A stretch of DNA of 64,000 nucleotides from Camelus dromedarius (GCF_036321535.1 NC_087442.1:29822001-29886000), one strand, 5' to 3'; positions 49,980 to 64,000 are shown, counted from the first letter of the stretch. Notes: generated from the sequence alone by a model not told the origin. A program made the numbers and translations.

Positions 49980-51030
49980 GTTGGGGAAACAGAACCATTT
50001 TTATAGTATACAAATTAGAACTGCTTGCTTTTTCAGGGCAGAGTAACAACATGTGTAAAGGCTTAAAGGTAAGGGAAAACATGTCAGGGAAATGGGAAGA
50101 AGCTTGGAGTATCTGGAGCAAAGAATGTGAGGGCAAGTGGAAAAAGATATCATTGGGGAGGTAAGCAGGGATCATGTCTGATAGGGCCTCAGAAATTGCA
50201 CTAAAGAGTCTGGATTTGATCCTAAGAGTCAGTGGTGAGCAACTGAAAGATGTTGTGTTGTATAGCAGATGGATAGAAGTTGACCAAATAGAAGAAAAAG
50301 AATAAAAAGAAAGTTATGAGCCTCTGTAACAATCCAAGCAAGAGATGCTGCTGACCTGGATTAGGGTAATTTCTCTGAGAAGAAATGATGTGGACAGATT
50401 TGAAGACTGTTTGGGAGTTGGAATCAATAGGACTTAGTGATTAGCTAGATTGGCATATGAAGGAGACTGAGGAATCTAGGGAAACCTCTAGATTTCTAGT
50501 TTTGACAGTGGGTAGATTGTTGTACCATTCACTGAGGAGGAAACACAGGAACTGCAGTTTGGGGGAGGAAAACAATGATTTCCATATTGCATACATCAAA
50601 GCTGATTTGCTGGTGGTGCCTACAAGAGGCAGATCAATGTATGTGTCCAGAACTCATGAGGAAGATCTGGGCTTGAGGTAGATTTAGGCATTGTTAGCAT
50701 AGAGTTATTCAAAGCTAAGGTACAGTAATATATTTTCCAGGGAGAGTTGGGAGGTGTTATGTGAAGTGGCCTTTGGCTGGACACGAAGGACCACAACACT
50801 GAAGGATAGGCAAAGAAGGGGATTGCCAAGAAGGTGAAGCAAAAAGAGCCAGAGATTCAGTGAGCATGGTGGGTGTGGCGTCACAGAGTCAAGGGGATTG
50901 TTTTAGGAGGGAACTGTCAACAAGAAAGTCAACTAAGAGAGGGACTTGAAAGAGACTACTGGACCTGGCCACATTCCAATTGTTGGTAACTGTGGCAAGA
51001 ACAACTCTGTGGAGTCAGACCAACAGCATG
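49980..51030 (-). mobile_element. Long L2 fragment
   Basis: Purine-rich L2 antisense text: agagtctggatttgatcctaagag..ggttggaatcaataggacttagtgattagctagatt..gtaccattcactgagg. Confidence 0.75.
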
Positions 51031-51204
51031 GGAAAGCATTTACCCCAAGATAATAGCATANNNNNNNNNNNNNNNNNNNNNNNNNNNNNNNNNNNNNNNN
51101 NNNNNNNNNNNNNNNNNNNNNNNNNNNNNNNNNNNNNNNNNNNNNNNNNNNNNNNNNNNNNNNNNNNNNNNNNNNNNNNNNNNNNNNNNNNNNNNNNNNN
51201 NNNN

Positions 51205-51476
51205 CTGCAGGGTGAATCAGTAAGCTGGAAACCCAGGAAGAGCCAATTTTTCAGTTTGAATCCAAAGGCAGGGGAAAAAAAGTATTCCATCAACTCTTCA
51301 CTGGATTTGATGGGGCCTACCCACATTAGGGAGGACAATCTTCCTTACTTGGGCTACCAATTTAAATGTTAATCTCATCCAAAAGCAGCCTCATAGAAAC
51401 ACCCAGATCAAAGTTTGACCAAATATCTGAGCACCCCATAGTTCTGTCAAATCAATGCATAAAATTGACCATCACA
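51205..51476 (-). mobile_element. MLT2-type ERVL LTR (left part lost in N gap 51061-51204)
   Basis: gggcctacccacattagggaggacaatctt..aatttaaatgttaatctcatccaaaa..cataaaattgaccatcaca. Confidence 0.85.
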
Positions 51477-51519
51477 GATACCTTCCTTGCTATTATGATG
51501 TTCCCACTCCAGTAAGCAT

Positions 51520-52070
51520 TTACATGAACATCAGAAGCATCTAAGAGGCTTTTTAAAAAATTTACAATTCTAAGCTACAACCTCAAAATTCAGTTTGTAT
51601 GGGGTGAGGCCACTTTATTAGTTTCCTAGGACTGCCACAAACCGAGTGACTTAAAACAGAAATTTATTCTCTCATAGTCTGAAAACCAAAAGTCTGATAT
51701 CAAGGTGTCATCAGGGCCACACCCTCTCTGAAGACTCCGTAGAAGAATCTTCCTTTGCCCTTTGCTGGCTTCTGATAGCTCTTTGTAATCCTTGGCATTC
51801 CTTGGACGGTAGCTACATTTCTTCTTATGAGGACACCCATCATTAGATTTAGGGCCCATCCTAATCCAGTGTGACCTCATCTTAACTAATTACATCTGAA
51901 AAGATGCTATTTCCAAATCATCCAATGAGGTTCTAGGTGGACATAAATTTCTGGGAGACAGTATTCATCTGACTATAGCCACCAAATAAGTGTCTCTAAT
52001 AAATGCTCCAGTAGATTCTGATGCAGGTGGTTCACAGATCACACTTTGAGAAACACTGAGTCTACACAGA
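51520..52070. mobile_element. MER5A-like hAT relic split by a MaLR LTR
   Basis: catcagaagcatctaagaggc.. on the left; gtagattctgatgcaggtggttcacagatcacactttgagaaacactg on the right. Confidence 0.6.
51614..51977 (-). mobile_element. MLT1B/C-like MaLR LTR
   Basis: attagtttcctaggactgcc..acttaaaacagaaatttattctctcatag..agggcccatcctaatccagtgtgacctcatcttaac. Confidence 0.85.
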
Positions 52071-52215
52071 CTGCTTTTAATATAAAGATGGGAGTTTGCT
52101 CAGGTAGAGGGATTCCTGAAACTTAAATTCTATCATGACTGATCTTAAGGGCCAGGCACTGGTAAAGATGTCATTTAATCTGGATTTTAAATAGCATTAG
52201 CTCTCTAATCTCAAG

Positions 52216-52800
52216 NNNNNNNNNNNNNNNNNNNNNNNNNNNNNNNNNNNNNNNNNNNNNNNNNNNNNNNNNNNNNNNNNNNNNNNNNNNNNNNNNNNNN
52301 NNNNNNNNNNNNNNNNNNNNNNNNNNNNNNNNNNNNNNNNNNNNNNNNNNNNNNNNNNNNNNNNNNNNNNNNNNNNNNNNNNNNNNNNNNNNNNNNNNNN
52401 NNNNCATTCTAAGTGAAGTAAGCCAGAAAGAGAAAGAAAAATACCATATGAGATCGCTCATATGTGGAATCTAAAAAACAAAAACAAACAAACAAAAACA
52501 AAGCGTAAATACAGGACAGAAATAGACTCACAGACAGAGAATACAGACTTGTGGTTACCAGGGGGGTAGAGGGTGGGAAGGGATAGACTGGGATTTCAAA
52601 ATTGTAGAATAGATAAACAAGATTACACTGTATAGCACAGGGAAATATACACAAAATGTTATGATAACTCACAGAGAAAAAAATGTGACAATGAGTGTGT
52701 ATATGTCGATGAATGACTGAAAAATTGTGCTGAACACTGGAATTTGACACAACATTGTAAAATGATTATAAATCAATAAAAAATGTTAAAAAAAAAAAAA
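52216..52800 (+). mobile_element. Young camelid-type L1 3' end with poly(A); 5' part is an N gap
   Basis: cattctaagtgaagtaagccagaaagagaaagaaaaataccatatg..G-rich tract 52561-52582..gacacaacattgtaaaatgattataaatcaataaaaaatgttaaaaaaaa. Possible TSD AATCTCAAG / AATCTTAAG. Confidence 0.9.
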
Positions 52801-54811
52801 AGAAATCTTAAGTAAAGAGAGATTTCAGCCTAATTTAGAGTTCAGCATCTTTGCTAGAACTAAAAACTGGTAGGGCCTTCATTGTCCTGAGCTCTGAGAA
52901 GACATTTAGGTTATAGCACAAAGGAACAAGCACACACAACTCCTTTAGTAAGAAACTGAAAGAAAAGGTTATTAGAAAATGAAACTAAGAACATTGTGGT
53001 CTCATCTCAGTCTAGTCAGGAACCTCAGATAATCAGGGAGATAATCTTTATTGGAAAATTTATCATATTTGGATGATATATATCAAAATAGAGAAAGTAC
53101 TAATATTACAAAAATTATTAAATTTTATTGTTGCAATGATGTACAATAAGTCATTTAATAGTGAATATATCAAAGAGCAAGCACTATGAGTGTCTATTCA
53201 GAAGCTGAATTATTGAAAAAAATTAGAAAGCTTATCTACAAAAGATGAATGGAGATAGATTGGTTAAAAAATAGTCCCTAATGTAGCTGCTATGTTTCAC
53301 AGAAATTCTTTATTTGGAGAGTATTTATGACAAGTCAATGGAGACACTTGTGATAAATGATAATTTATGTAGAGAACTAACACTATTATTGTTATTGTAA
53401 AAGCCTTATCATGTAAGTTGCTTTTTTTGAACTACATGCACCTGCACAAAATTTTTATTAATCAGATATGTAAATAAAAGGACAAGTTAGATACCCCTTT
53501 AAGCTCTCTCCTAGACCAAGGGTTTTATTATATTTACAAAAACAATTATTGTTACCACTCTGGAACAGAGATTACAGGGTACTAGCACATTATACTAAAG
53601 AAGGAAGACAGGCAAGGCAGGGGGAGTAAGGCACTGGAGGTGCTGCTGTTGTTTGCTTCCTGTCCTTGGTCAGGGGCCATCACACACTGAGAATGTGAAG
53701 GCTGAGGCCGAGGACAAAGGAAGCCTTACTCCATCAGCAGGAACAATACTGAAAGACAGCTGTGACCTTTCTGACCACAGAATCAAACAGTATCTCTGCT
53801 ACATCTGTTTTGTGCTTGAAGGATGGCTGTTAATTGTTAACCCTGCATGCATAACAGCCAAGGACAGCACTATTTTGCTCATAGTTCTATAGTATCTCAC
53901 TTAATATTAGGTTTTGAAATAATCACATTTATAAATAGTTGAAACTGTTCAAAATACCAATTAATGTTTCACTGAATGAAAGATTTTAAAAAATCAAATT
54001 ACCCAGGAAAGCACTGAATCATCAAACCAGTCACACTTTATATTTTGTATTACCTGGAATTTCCCAGCAAATATTTCTGAGCATATAGTATGTACCCATT
54101 AAACACAACATAATGGAACAGTTTTAAAGGAATAATGGAAAACCGTAATTCAGAAATCTGCTTTATATCTTGTTCATAAATTTCATCACATGATATATTT
54201 TTAATATGTCACATCAAAATTTTAAAAGAAATTTCTATTGATTGCCAGCTTTGGAAGATTTCAAGTCCAAACTTTGCAAAATGCATAAAAGTAAATAATT
54301 TAAATAATATTAAAAATTATTTACATGATGTGCCTTTAAGCCAGACTAATGAGGGCATAATGCCTCCTGGCAGTACCTACTTCTGGCACCTCAGGATGCC
54401 GAATAGTTAATTCTGTGTGTGGGTATTTATTGAATATCTGCATTCCTTTTTAGACAGTTCCCTCTGTAAAGATTAAAAAGTGCATCCTTAGTGTCTAGCA
54501 TTGAACACAGTGGTATCTTTAGAAATATTTAGTAAATGAGTTAAAAATGGAAAGAGAGCAAGTATGGCGAGGGAAGAGGATTAACATTCCTTAAGGATGT
54601 ACTTACTATATGCCAAAATGCATCACACTTTGAGCATGATTTAGCTTTTAAACTAAAAATGAAAAAAGAGGTTAAAAAAGTAGTAATTTGAATATATTTG
54701 TTCTTACAATGAAATAAGAAAAGACTATAATAAAATAAAGCCAATAGAGTAAAGAAATAATTCTTAATTTGATTTTTGTTTTGAATTTGTATACTTTATG
54801 CATCTGTAGAT

Positions 54812-55357
54812 TGTAACAATCACAGTTTTTAGCTTCTGTATTTGATGCTTTGCCATCTCAAGGCCTTGCTGATCCTGGAGGGACTGTCCCTCCCAGGGCT
54901 GGTTAAATTCTAGAGATAGCAATTATCTGGGAGTGTGCCTTTCACATGCAAACCAACCAATCCAGAGTCCATACACCGAACACTTCCTTTAAAGGGCTCT
55001 TACACTCTTGGCCATGATCCACCTGCCTTAATCACTTTAAGGCCAGATACCAGGCTACTAGGGACAGTCACTACATCCCAGAGACCACTGAAATTATTCA
55101 AACTAGCCAATCCTGAGCCTGCTTACCCTACCTTGCTTGTTCCTTCCCATGGAAACCACAGTAAAGTTTCTTGTCTGTATCTACTCTTCCTCGTTCTGCC
55201 TGATGAAGGCTGGTGCTTCCGTGTGTGGCCTTACATGGTGTGGCATGCCCCTTCTTGGGAGCTTAGTGATTATAACAAGCTGTCTTTTCAGTGGCAATTG
55301 TCTCCTGATCTATTGGCTCAACATACTAAATAATAACAAAACCTACGTTTTAAAACA
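54812..55357 (+). mobile_element. Complete solo MER74-like ERVL LTR
   Basis: TG...CA termini with 5-bp TSD TAGAT on both sides; gatgctttgccatctcaaggccttgctgatcctggagggactgtccctcccagggct is MER74-like. Confidence 0.88.
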
Positions 55358-55772
55358 TAGATTGACTATAAACATCCTCTTTGGTATGGGCATTAAAAGA
55401 GAAACAATAATCAGATTACAATATATAATATATCATATCTGTTAATTAAAACTTTTGCCTTATGAGTTAATTGAAGTTTTCTAAGTGATTACAGTGTGAA
55501 AGCATTCTTCTTGCTGTATTTTATTTGATAAGACTATTATACACAAGCTTTTCAATATGATTTTTTACCAGTTTACTGACAAGATAAACAATACAGATTA
55601 ATTATTATAGGAATAAAGATTTTGGAAATAGACTAAATTCTACTGACAGATATGAAGAGTATTTTATTCTGTTACTGTATTTTTCTAAGAAATAATAGTA
55701 TCTTGTTCCAAATCCAGTTCGGAGTGCATTTAAAGAGGAGACTTGATAAAGCACCAAATAGATTTTGTTATA

Positions 55773-56100
55773 CGTGTCCACAATCCCTTATTCACAATTC
55801 TAAAATTCAAAATACTCTGAAAACCAAAACATTTTTCATAAGTTTGTGGCAAACTCATTTGGTGGCAAAACCTAATCTGAATTGATGAGATCATTTGTAT
55901 CTTTATTCTTCTTGAAGATGAATATTCATACTTACACTGCAGAAATATTAATGTGTTTTAGGGGGATGCTGAACCAGACCATGGTGGGAATATTAAATAA
56001 TTTGCCATTTACAAGATGTCATATTCTAAAATTTATTTAAAATTCTGAATTTGGAAACACAGCTATCCTCAAGAGTTTCAGATAAAAGACTGTGGACCTA
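55773..56100. mobile_element. MER46C-like TcMar-Tigger MITE
   Basis: Imperfect terminal inverted repeats gtccacaatcccttat / ataaaagactgtggac; TA on the left flank. Confidence 0.75.
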
Positions 56101-56269
56101 ATTCAGTGTGTATAGATGTTTATACTTCTTCCATATTTTGGTCATAGGGGCATGAACTGTTATTTAATATTTAATTTTTATATAATATTTAATTTTATTA
56201 GCTATTGTGACTCCTGTATTAATTTTTCTTTAATTAATTTGAAGGAATGCAATAAAGCTACTAGACCAA

Positions 56270-56540
56270 CAATTTAAGACAGATATTGATGGTTCCCTGT
56301 GTCAGGGGCACTGAAGATACAAAGATGACCAAGACCCAAGTTACTATACTCCAGTGAGGACAGATGGGAAATAAATAATAGTGACACAGTGTGACAAATG
56401 CAGTTCAAGTGATGTTCAATGTGCTTTAGGTTCAGAGAGGAGGGAAATACTAACTGCCTGGGGGAATTTGGGAAGGCTGCAGGGAAGAAGAGATTTTGGG
56501 GGAAGGAATGGAGGAAAGGCAGTTCACCAGGTAATGAAAT
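56270..56540 (-). mobile_element. L2 3' fragment
   Basis: ctgtgtcaggggcactgaagatacaaagatgaccaagac. Confidence 0.65.
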
Positions 56541-58319
56541 GGGAAAGAGTTACTCAATCTCAGTACTACTGGATCCCAAAACAAAAGGGAATTATTAATG
56601 TGATCCTTTAAATTACTTGACATTCTGTAACTCTTGCCAATGCTCAGACTCTTCTTATTAGTATTGTTCTGTCAGCAGTGAGAGACATTTTGAAGATTTT
56701 CAGCATTAATGGAAGTTCCTAAAGAAAAGTAATCTGGGTTTTGAGAGCCACTGCATTGAAGCAGAATTTAATGCTATTTTCAGGATTTAAAAAATGCCAG
56801 TTCAGTTTGGATTATCTTCAAGGAACCATCTTCAATCAAACACCAAATATCCCTGCCCCACAAGGCAGTTCCTTGGACAGAATGAGTGTGAGACACTGAG
56901 TGTATTTTACTCATCCATAAAAATCACATTAGTAAGATAAATATAGGAGCTCCTTTCTTCCTCATAAATGTATACCATTTGCCTGCAGTGATGTGGTATT
57001 TAAAGCTCAGGTTAGTCTTGACAGTGCTGAAGTTCAGCTTGGTATTTTCAAACACTCAACGCTAAGAAGTGTCAACAGCAAAGACAGGATGATCTGTTGG
57101 GTCTCTTTTGAGGGAGGAAGATGACAATAGTGCAAAAGGAAAGAAATAGCGCAAAAGGAAAAGGTTAGAGGCAAAACTAAAATAAAACAAAATTTTAAAA
57201 AGCCTACTCCCATTTCCATTCTGCTAAATTATTATGGGGAGAACTTTAACATTGTTACTAGTAGTGTCCCTAATTTTGCAGCTGAGCCTCTTTTCACTTT
57301 GCATTGTGGGGAACACAAATCACTGAGGATCTCTGTACAATAAATCATTTGAAAAATATAAGAGGCAATGAGCCAAGAAAGATATTTAGCATTTAATCAA
57401 AAGTGACCTAATATTTTTCATTTGCCATCTATAAAATGAAACATTCAATTTAATCACCAAGCAATGTTGATCCTTGCAACAAGGAGATCATTTGGAATAG
57501 ATTAAAATTAAAAATACTGAACCAAGAGTTTAGGGGCCTGGTTTCTGGTTAGGATTCTGTGACTGCATAACTGATTTCCCTAGGTAATGTATGCTCACTA
57601 CTGGGAATTCCAGATTACCCAAGTGTAAAATCTATGAGCTTAGATTATATGGATTCTAAAGTCTCTTTTGACTACTAATCGTGAACTAAAGGCTATGACT
57701 ATGTATGGATCTAATAGTCTTGATACTTGGTTTTTAAGCTAGATTATTTTGTCTCATAGCTTAATTCTTTATGCAGTTGTTAATAAAGTAATAATAGCTA
57801 ATCTTCCTAAATAGTGTCATTTAAAACAGCTAACATATATGGATCATCTCAATTCTTGTCAATTTCTGCAGAGTGCCTAGCTTTCTGCTAGTCAGTGTAT
57901 TAGCTAAGGATAATCAGAGAATACATGATGTATAAAAAGAAACCATTTATCTGATAAAAAATTTTAAAGCCCATACATATTATACCTTATTTGAGACCTA
58001 TTATAGTAGTAAAAAAAAAAAATCTTTGGTAGCAGTCCATTTTTCATCTAGCCTAGCCCCTTAACAAACTTTCATGATCAAACCTATGATAAAGTAAGAG
58101 GCACTGAAATCTGTCAGAGTCTGACACATCATGCAAAACATGACTACACAAAGACCAGGTAAATTGAAAGACTGGGAATTGTGAACACTACGTCCCGAGT
58201 ATATCTTTTCCAGCTCTAAATAATAGAAACCATTGCTCTATTGTTAACTCATGCTTCTAAACACAACTACCTATTCCACAAAACTTCTGCCATCATATTT
58301 TTTTCCAGTTCTTGAATGA

Positions 58320-58520
58320 CACGTGTTATGTGCTTGAAACTATTTTAGGTGCATTACATGTATTTATTCATCTAATTATCATGCGACTTTCTTAGTAGGT
58401 GCAATTAGTACCCTCATTTTACATAGGAGGAAACTCAGAACAGAGATGTTTAAGTAACTCGTACTGGGTCACATGCTAACAAGTTGTCGAGCTGGGTTTT
58501 AAGGCTAGGACCTGAAGGGA
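58320..58520 (-). mobile_element. MIR SINE
   Basis: taggtgcaattagtaccctcattttacataggaggaaactcagaacagagatgtttaagtaact..ggtcaca. Confidence 0.75.
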
Positions 58521-61210
58521 AATGCTGTAAACTTAACTAGCATGCTCCACTGCAGTGATGAAGAGCTGCTGAGATACATTCCTGTCTGGTTTTCAGGTTC
58601 TCATATATAAATGTAGAACTGTCATAGGTTTCTTACACATACTGTATCTTTTGCAGCAGATTGTTTTGGACTAGTAATGTTAAAAATAAAAATTGTAGCA
58701 AAATGAAATCAAGGAATTTCTTTAAGTCTAAAGTCTTTAAGTCCTATAATATGGGTTTGTTAAATGTGTTAGTGATCAAGTGCAAGATAAGTTAGAAGTA
58801 GCACTGATTTTCTAGTCACTCTAAACCATTGTCTCTAATGAATAAATAACAAAATTGTACTTTCACAGTATTGTACCACTATATGAACTTCAACACATTT
58901 TAAAAATGTTTTTGAATATTGGTACACCTCAGGCACAGAGTTTAAAAAGTAGATATGACAGTGTATAACCATTGTAATGAGATATGACGAAACTTTCAAT
59001 CTTTTATAAATGTTGTTTGTGGAAAAATCATTTATCATAATTTCTTTTGGTCCATCTCTTAATCTGAGCAGATATCTCTTTTAGGGTCAACAGGTTAGGT
59101 CCTTAGAAGTGTGTATCTCAACAAGTTGTTGGTGATGGCAAGAAAGTTACATAGTCTAAAACCTCATTTTTTACCCAGGTTGTTGAGAAAGATCACATTC
59201 TCTGTATTTAGTGGGAAAGAATGATGGGTCTATTATTACTAGAAGGAAGTACCATTAAATTTCATGGGAACATATTTTTAGATGGCCGTTTGACATAGTT
59301 TAAAAAACTGGAAAATTGATAAAAACATGGTATCAATATAAATGTTTGTTTCATAGCCCAACTTTCAGTGTGAACTTCTGTGGGGAATATCTGAAGATGT
59401 ATCACAATGGTTTATGGAAATGGATTGGCATGATGATTGTTAGCTGATTTTCCAAGTGAAATTTCCTCTCCTCTCTCTGCTTATACAATATTTCCAATGC
59501 AATAGGCAAGTTGAATCACAGTAGTGAGTAGTTAGAAGGAATGATTCCTTGCTTGTAAAAAAATAAAATACTAGAAATATGTGGAAATGGAAAAATAGTG
59601 ATTGAGTTTTATGGTATAATAACCCAAATAACAGCTGAACACTTCTTTTTTTTTTCTTTTACAAACTTTAGTCACTACCAGACTTTCCAAATAATCTCAC
59701 TCTGAAGAGCAAACTTGTGAACCTCCAATGCCTAAAGCTGCACATCACTATTTTCTTGAATATTTCTCAAATATTTTGTAAAATCTTAACTTTGGGGTTG
59801 TACTATTCACTCAATTTCATAAAACATAGGGCTCATCTTTGTTAAAAACCAACAAAATTCACATTATTTCCTTAGTCCTTCACCTCCTGGAATATCTGAG
59901 TTGTAAAAATAAAGTATTCTACTGTTATCTGAAAATATCTGCTGTATATTGTATTTATAAAAAACCACCCAATATATAATGCCAAATTGAATTTTGAAAG
60001 TTACAACTATTAGTAATACTGCCATGCTACTACTATTAATAACAATGAGGAAAATCACTGCTATGTAATAGTATTTTTATGGAATGTAGTATTTTGGCTT
60101 ATGCTTTACTTAGGATATGTATTACTATACTCAATGTTTAGCATTAAAGCTTCCTAACTTAACTATTTTAGGCCTCTTTGTTAATCCGAGTTAAAAAAAT
60201 AAAAAATATATTTCCTTTTATGCATGATAGCTATAAATTGATAAAACTTCCAAGGTTGTATAACTAAGCTCAGAAACAAAAAGCCATTTATATTCAAAGA
60301 TGGGAAATGGTTGACAGGCATCCCACCTCCTTCCTTCCCATGCTCATGGCAGATGTTACTCATTGATCTTGGCCAAAGGCAGCCTCAGACCTCTCCTCAA
60401 AACAGTGCTCTAGGGAACCACAGTCAGTCAGTCAGGGATGGCTATGGGAGCAGACCTATCTATCATGAACAAATAAATAAAGATAGAATGTGACATCTTA
60501 TCATCTGAAAATGTCTCTCCTATCTGTATCTATAAACCAATATGGATCTCCTATATGCAAACCAAGTGAAGGAAATGAGTCTTTAGTTTGTAAGGAAGAA
60601 AATGGAGGGACAAGATCACCCAAAGGTTATTTTAATTTTTCTATATCCTTTGGACCTACAGAACCAGAGAAAGCACGTTCCCATATGAGGCAGTCAGTTT
60701 TGGAAAGGGAAGTTAGCAAAGGATTTCAGCCTCAGAAATTCCTTCCCACAGTAAATGTGGCCTTGCAAGCTTAGGGGCTGGGCTACTCAGATGAAGCCTG
60801 CTGCTGTGTTTCCATATGTCAGGGAAGCAAACCCTGACCTAGAAGGAGTTCTGCTGTGGAAGATCCAGACCCGGGCTGGCTAAGAATAGAAATGGTCTGT
60901 GTAGCAGTGAAGCTAAAATAATTTCTTCTTGTCCTTTTAGGGGTGCCTTCCCTTTATAAATTATATATTCTTGATTGTAAATTTCACGAGTGACTTACTG
61001 AAATTGAAAGCAGTGATTAAATATGGGAATCTTTTTGTGTATGTGGGAGAAGAGTAGGATAAGCCTACTAGAAAAAGAATATAGTATTTTATCTATACCA
61101 AAAAATCCAAAACAAACCAATCATAATGTCAAAGTATTAAACCTGTAAGTTTCACAAAAAAGTGTTACATGTGTTCTCATTGGGGTCCCAGTAGTACTCC
61201 CAGTATGCCT

Positions 61211-61674
61211 NNNNNNNNNNNNNNNNNNNNNNNNNNNNNNNNNNNNNNNNNNNNNNNNNNNNNNNNNNNNNNNNNNNNNNNNNNNNNNNNNNNNNNNNNN
61301 NNNNNNNNNNNNNNNNNNNNNNNNNNNNNNNNNNNNNNNNNNNNNNNNNNNNNNNNNNNNNNGAGCACTCTTCCTGGCTTGTAAATGTCCAGCTTCTTGC
61401 TGTGTCCTCTTATGTCCTTTCCTTGGCTCGTGCACTAGGAAGAGTAAGAGGTCTCCCTCTCTCTCTCCCTCCCTCTCTCTCTCTCTCTTGTCTCCTCCTC
61501 TCTCTCTCCCTATTCTTAAAGACCATTAATCCTATTATGAAAGCTCCACCCTCATGACATCACTTAACCCTAATTACTCTCTTAGCACCCCATCTTCAAA
61601 TACCATCACATTAGTTGTTAGGCCTCCAACATATGAATTGTGGGGGTGAGGGCACAGACATTCAGTCTATAACA
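61211..61674 (-). mobile_element. MLT1A-like MaLR LTR (left part in N gap) with an internal CT-rich tract
   Basis: ccaccctcatgacatcacttaaccctaattac..tcttcaaataccatcacatt..caacatatgaatt..gacattcagtctataaca. Confidence 0.85.
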
Positions 61675-61759
61675 CTCTCAAAGGATGACCATTAATTAGT
61701 TGATATTTAAAAAGTTGAGTTTGAAGTTTTACTAAATTCCCAACAACTAATTTGAGAAA

Positions 61760-63120
61760 TATATAAGGTTTTCTATCAAGAAAATCAGAGGATGATAAGA
61801 AAAACTATTAGAATTTAAAAGTTTAGTAGTTGATCAGATATAAAAGTCAATGTACAAAAATCAATAGCTTTCTTAATATCAGCAATACTCAATTAGAAAA
61901 CATAATGATAAAAGGGGTCTCATTCATGATAGCAACAAAACCCACTTTATACTTAGAAGTAAATAGGAAATGTGCAAGGCTTTTATGAAAAAGATATTTG
62001 AAATCTATATAAATAAAATGTTATTTCATATTTCTCAATGGGAAGACTCAATTATAAAGATGTTAGCAAGCTGGTTTTACAAGTATGTACGAAGAAAACA
62101 GCAATGTTTAGCAGGGTACATTTTTAAAAAAGAGAATGAATGGGATTTGACCTAGTACTAATAATCATTATGTAATATAAGGCAATTTAAACAGTGCATT
62201 TTGGCACAGGAATAGACAGACACATTAATAGAAATAAATAGACTGGAAACCAAGGAATATAGCTTATAGTAAAAATGTCATCTCTAATCAGTAAAAGTGT
62301 TCAAGACTTCTCAGTTAATCACATTATGACAATTGGCTCTCATTTGGGGAAAAAAATGAAACTCGTAGTTCATATCGTAAACAAAACTATCTTTTGGAGA
62401 GACTAATGAGAATAAATGTTAAAAACAAATTATAAAAATATTTGAAAAAATATAGAAAAATAATTTTATAATCTGGGAATTGGGAAATCTTTCCTAACTA
62501 ATGCACAAAACTCATGTATCATATAAAATTATTTATAATGACCTCATATAAACAAAAACCTTCTGTGAAAGACAATAATAAAAAGAAATTAAATGATAAG
62601 CCAAAGACTAGGGGAAATATTCACAACAGGCATAAAAGATTCGTGATTTATAAAGGTTGCCTACATATGAATATGAGAAACACAAAGCTTGCGTATAGAA
62701 ACTACACAAAGGATATATGAACTATTTACAGAAGAAATGCATGTGACATACATGTGAGGATATATAGATTAGACTACATTCATCAAAATTTAAAGTAAAC
62801 CTTATCTTTGACGTTGTAATCTACTTCTAGGAATCTGTCCCTCAGAAATACTTGCTCATAGTAAAACACATTTACAAGGATTTTTTTTTGTGATGGCAAA
62901 TAGTAGGAACAAACTGAATATCATCAACAAAGGAGAGGGTAAATAAACTCTATAACATTTTATTATTGTAAAGAAAGAATCAGATCTGCATATATTAAAT
63001 TAGAAAATTCTTTAAGACCGAGGTAAAAAGAAATTACCATAGCATAATAGATCATACATAAATGTACATGACCACACATGTACAAATACTTTGTGTCTAT
63101 TTTTTAATTCCATATGCTTT
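61760..63120 (+). mobile_element. Old L1 (L1ME-like) ORF2/3' relic
   Basis: gatataaaagtcaatgtacaaaaatcaatagctttc..atgggaagactcaattataaagatg..ttgtaatctacttctaggaatctgtccc. Confidence 0.7.
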
Positions 63121-64000
63121 TTATAGATTGATTCTTTTATTGTGAGAACGTATTCACGTGTTCCTTGCTTAACTGAAAAAAAAATTTTTTTTTTTAAATT
63201 AAAGAGAAGAGTATTCAGGGGAGACCTGGCCTAGTGGCTCAAACTCTTCTTCACATGATAGAGAACTGCTTCAAGGAGAATCACATGTCTGTTACTAACA
63301 TAGTTTCAGCCTCTCTGTTTTTTTTCTCTTGGTCTCTGGCTTTGCTGCCAATTTTTTTTTTTCTGGCAGGTGTTGAAATGGATATAAAAGGAAATTCTTT
63401 AAGAATGTTCAGATCCTTGTTATGCAAAATTGCATTGTTGGAAGGGGTTTTAGATATGATCTAATGCAACTCCCAAGTTTTACGTGAAATCCCGATTTCC
63501 GAGATGGCCAGGAAATGTTAATAGAAATTTCACATTTCTCATGCTTGAGTCACATTTCCTTATCCAGAAACCTGGGGAAACTTTACCATTGAAAATTCAA
63601 ATAAGTTTCTACCACTCCCCCAACTTTTAAGCCAACAATGTAAGAAAATGAAAAAAGGTAATTTCATGTAAAAGAATAAAAATTAATAAATATTTTTCAG
63701 CAAACAAATGAATACTGTGATGCCATCTGATGACCCATAAAACATGATTCCCAGTGTTACTTCAGTTGTCTATATGAGTACTCTTTAATCCATAAATTAT
63801 GCCATTTTACTTTCTATTAACTCTGACCATCACTAGCCTGGCTGGTTTATCTTCATTGGTCAAATCACTATAGGGGTTAATCGGCCAAGTTGATATGTTT
63901 AAACCATGTCATATCTTTTTAATTAGGTCCTGTGTTTATTAAGAGCCCTTCAAGAAGCTCACTTGTCTCTTTGGATATTGATAAGGAAAGGCTAGAAATC

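Noticed and set aside
63293-63464. TACTAAC plus long pyrimidine tract and CAG at 63369, followed by a 31-codon frame
   Set aside because: Intervening AGs follow the branch motif, no donor or poly(A) support, and the peptide is unrecognised.

Overview
AT-rich, repeat-dense mammalian genomic DNA, most likely camelid (alpaca/camel): it carries a Vic-1-type tRNA-derived SINE at 33369-33499 and a camelid-type L1 3' end at 52216-52800. The only recognisable gene-derived feature is a near full-length processed pseudogene (retrocopy) of PTBP1 on the + strand (7207-10253). It has a 5'UTR, intronless CDS, 3'UTR, a decayed poly(A) tail and an 18-bp target-site duplication. Its CDS carries two nonsense changes and four frameshifts, all in the 5' half, while the RRM3-RRM4 half is still open. 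About 1.3 kb downstream is a complete solo ERV1-class LTR with a 4-bp TSD, whose TATA/CCAAT/octamer promoter points back (antisense) at the retrocopy. The rest is a mosaic of MIR, L2, old L1, MaLR/ERVL LTRs and DNA-transposon relics, with seven N-gaps, most of them inside repeats. Two minus-strand exon candidates (28 nt at 36129-36156 and 55 nt at 27800-27854) hint that the window may be intronic to an unidentified gene. All other ORFs in the supplied track look like chance ORFs. Repeat family names come from recalled consensus sequences, not from a search; boundaries are approximate unless a TSD is given.
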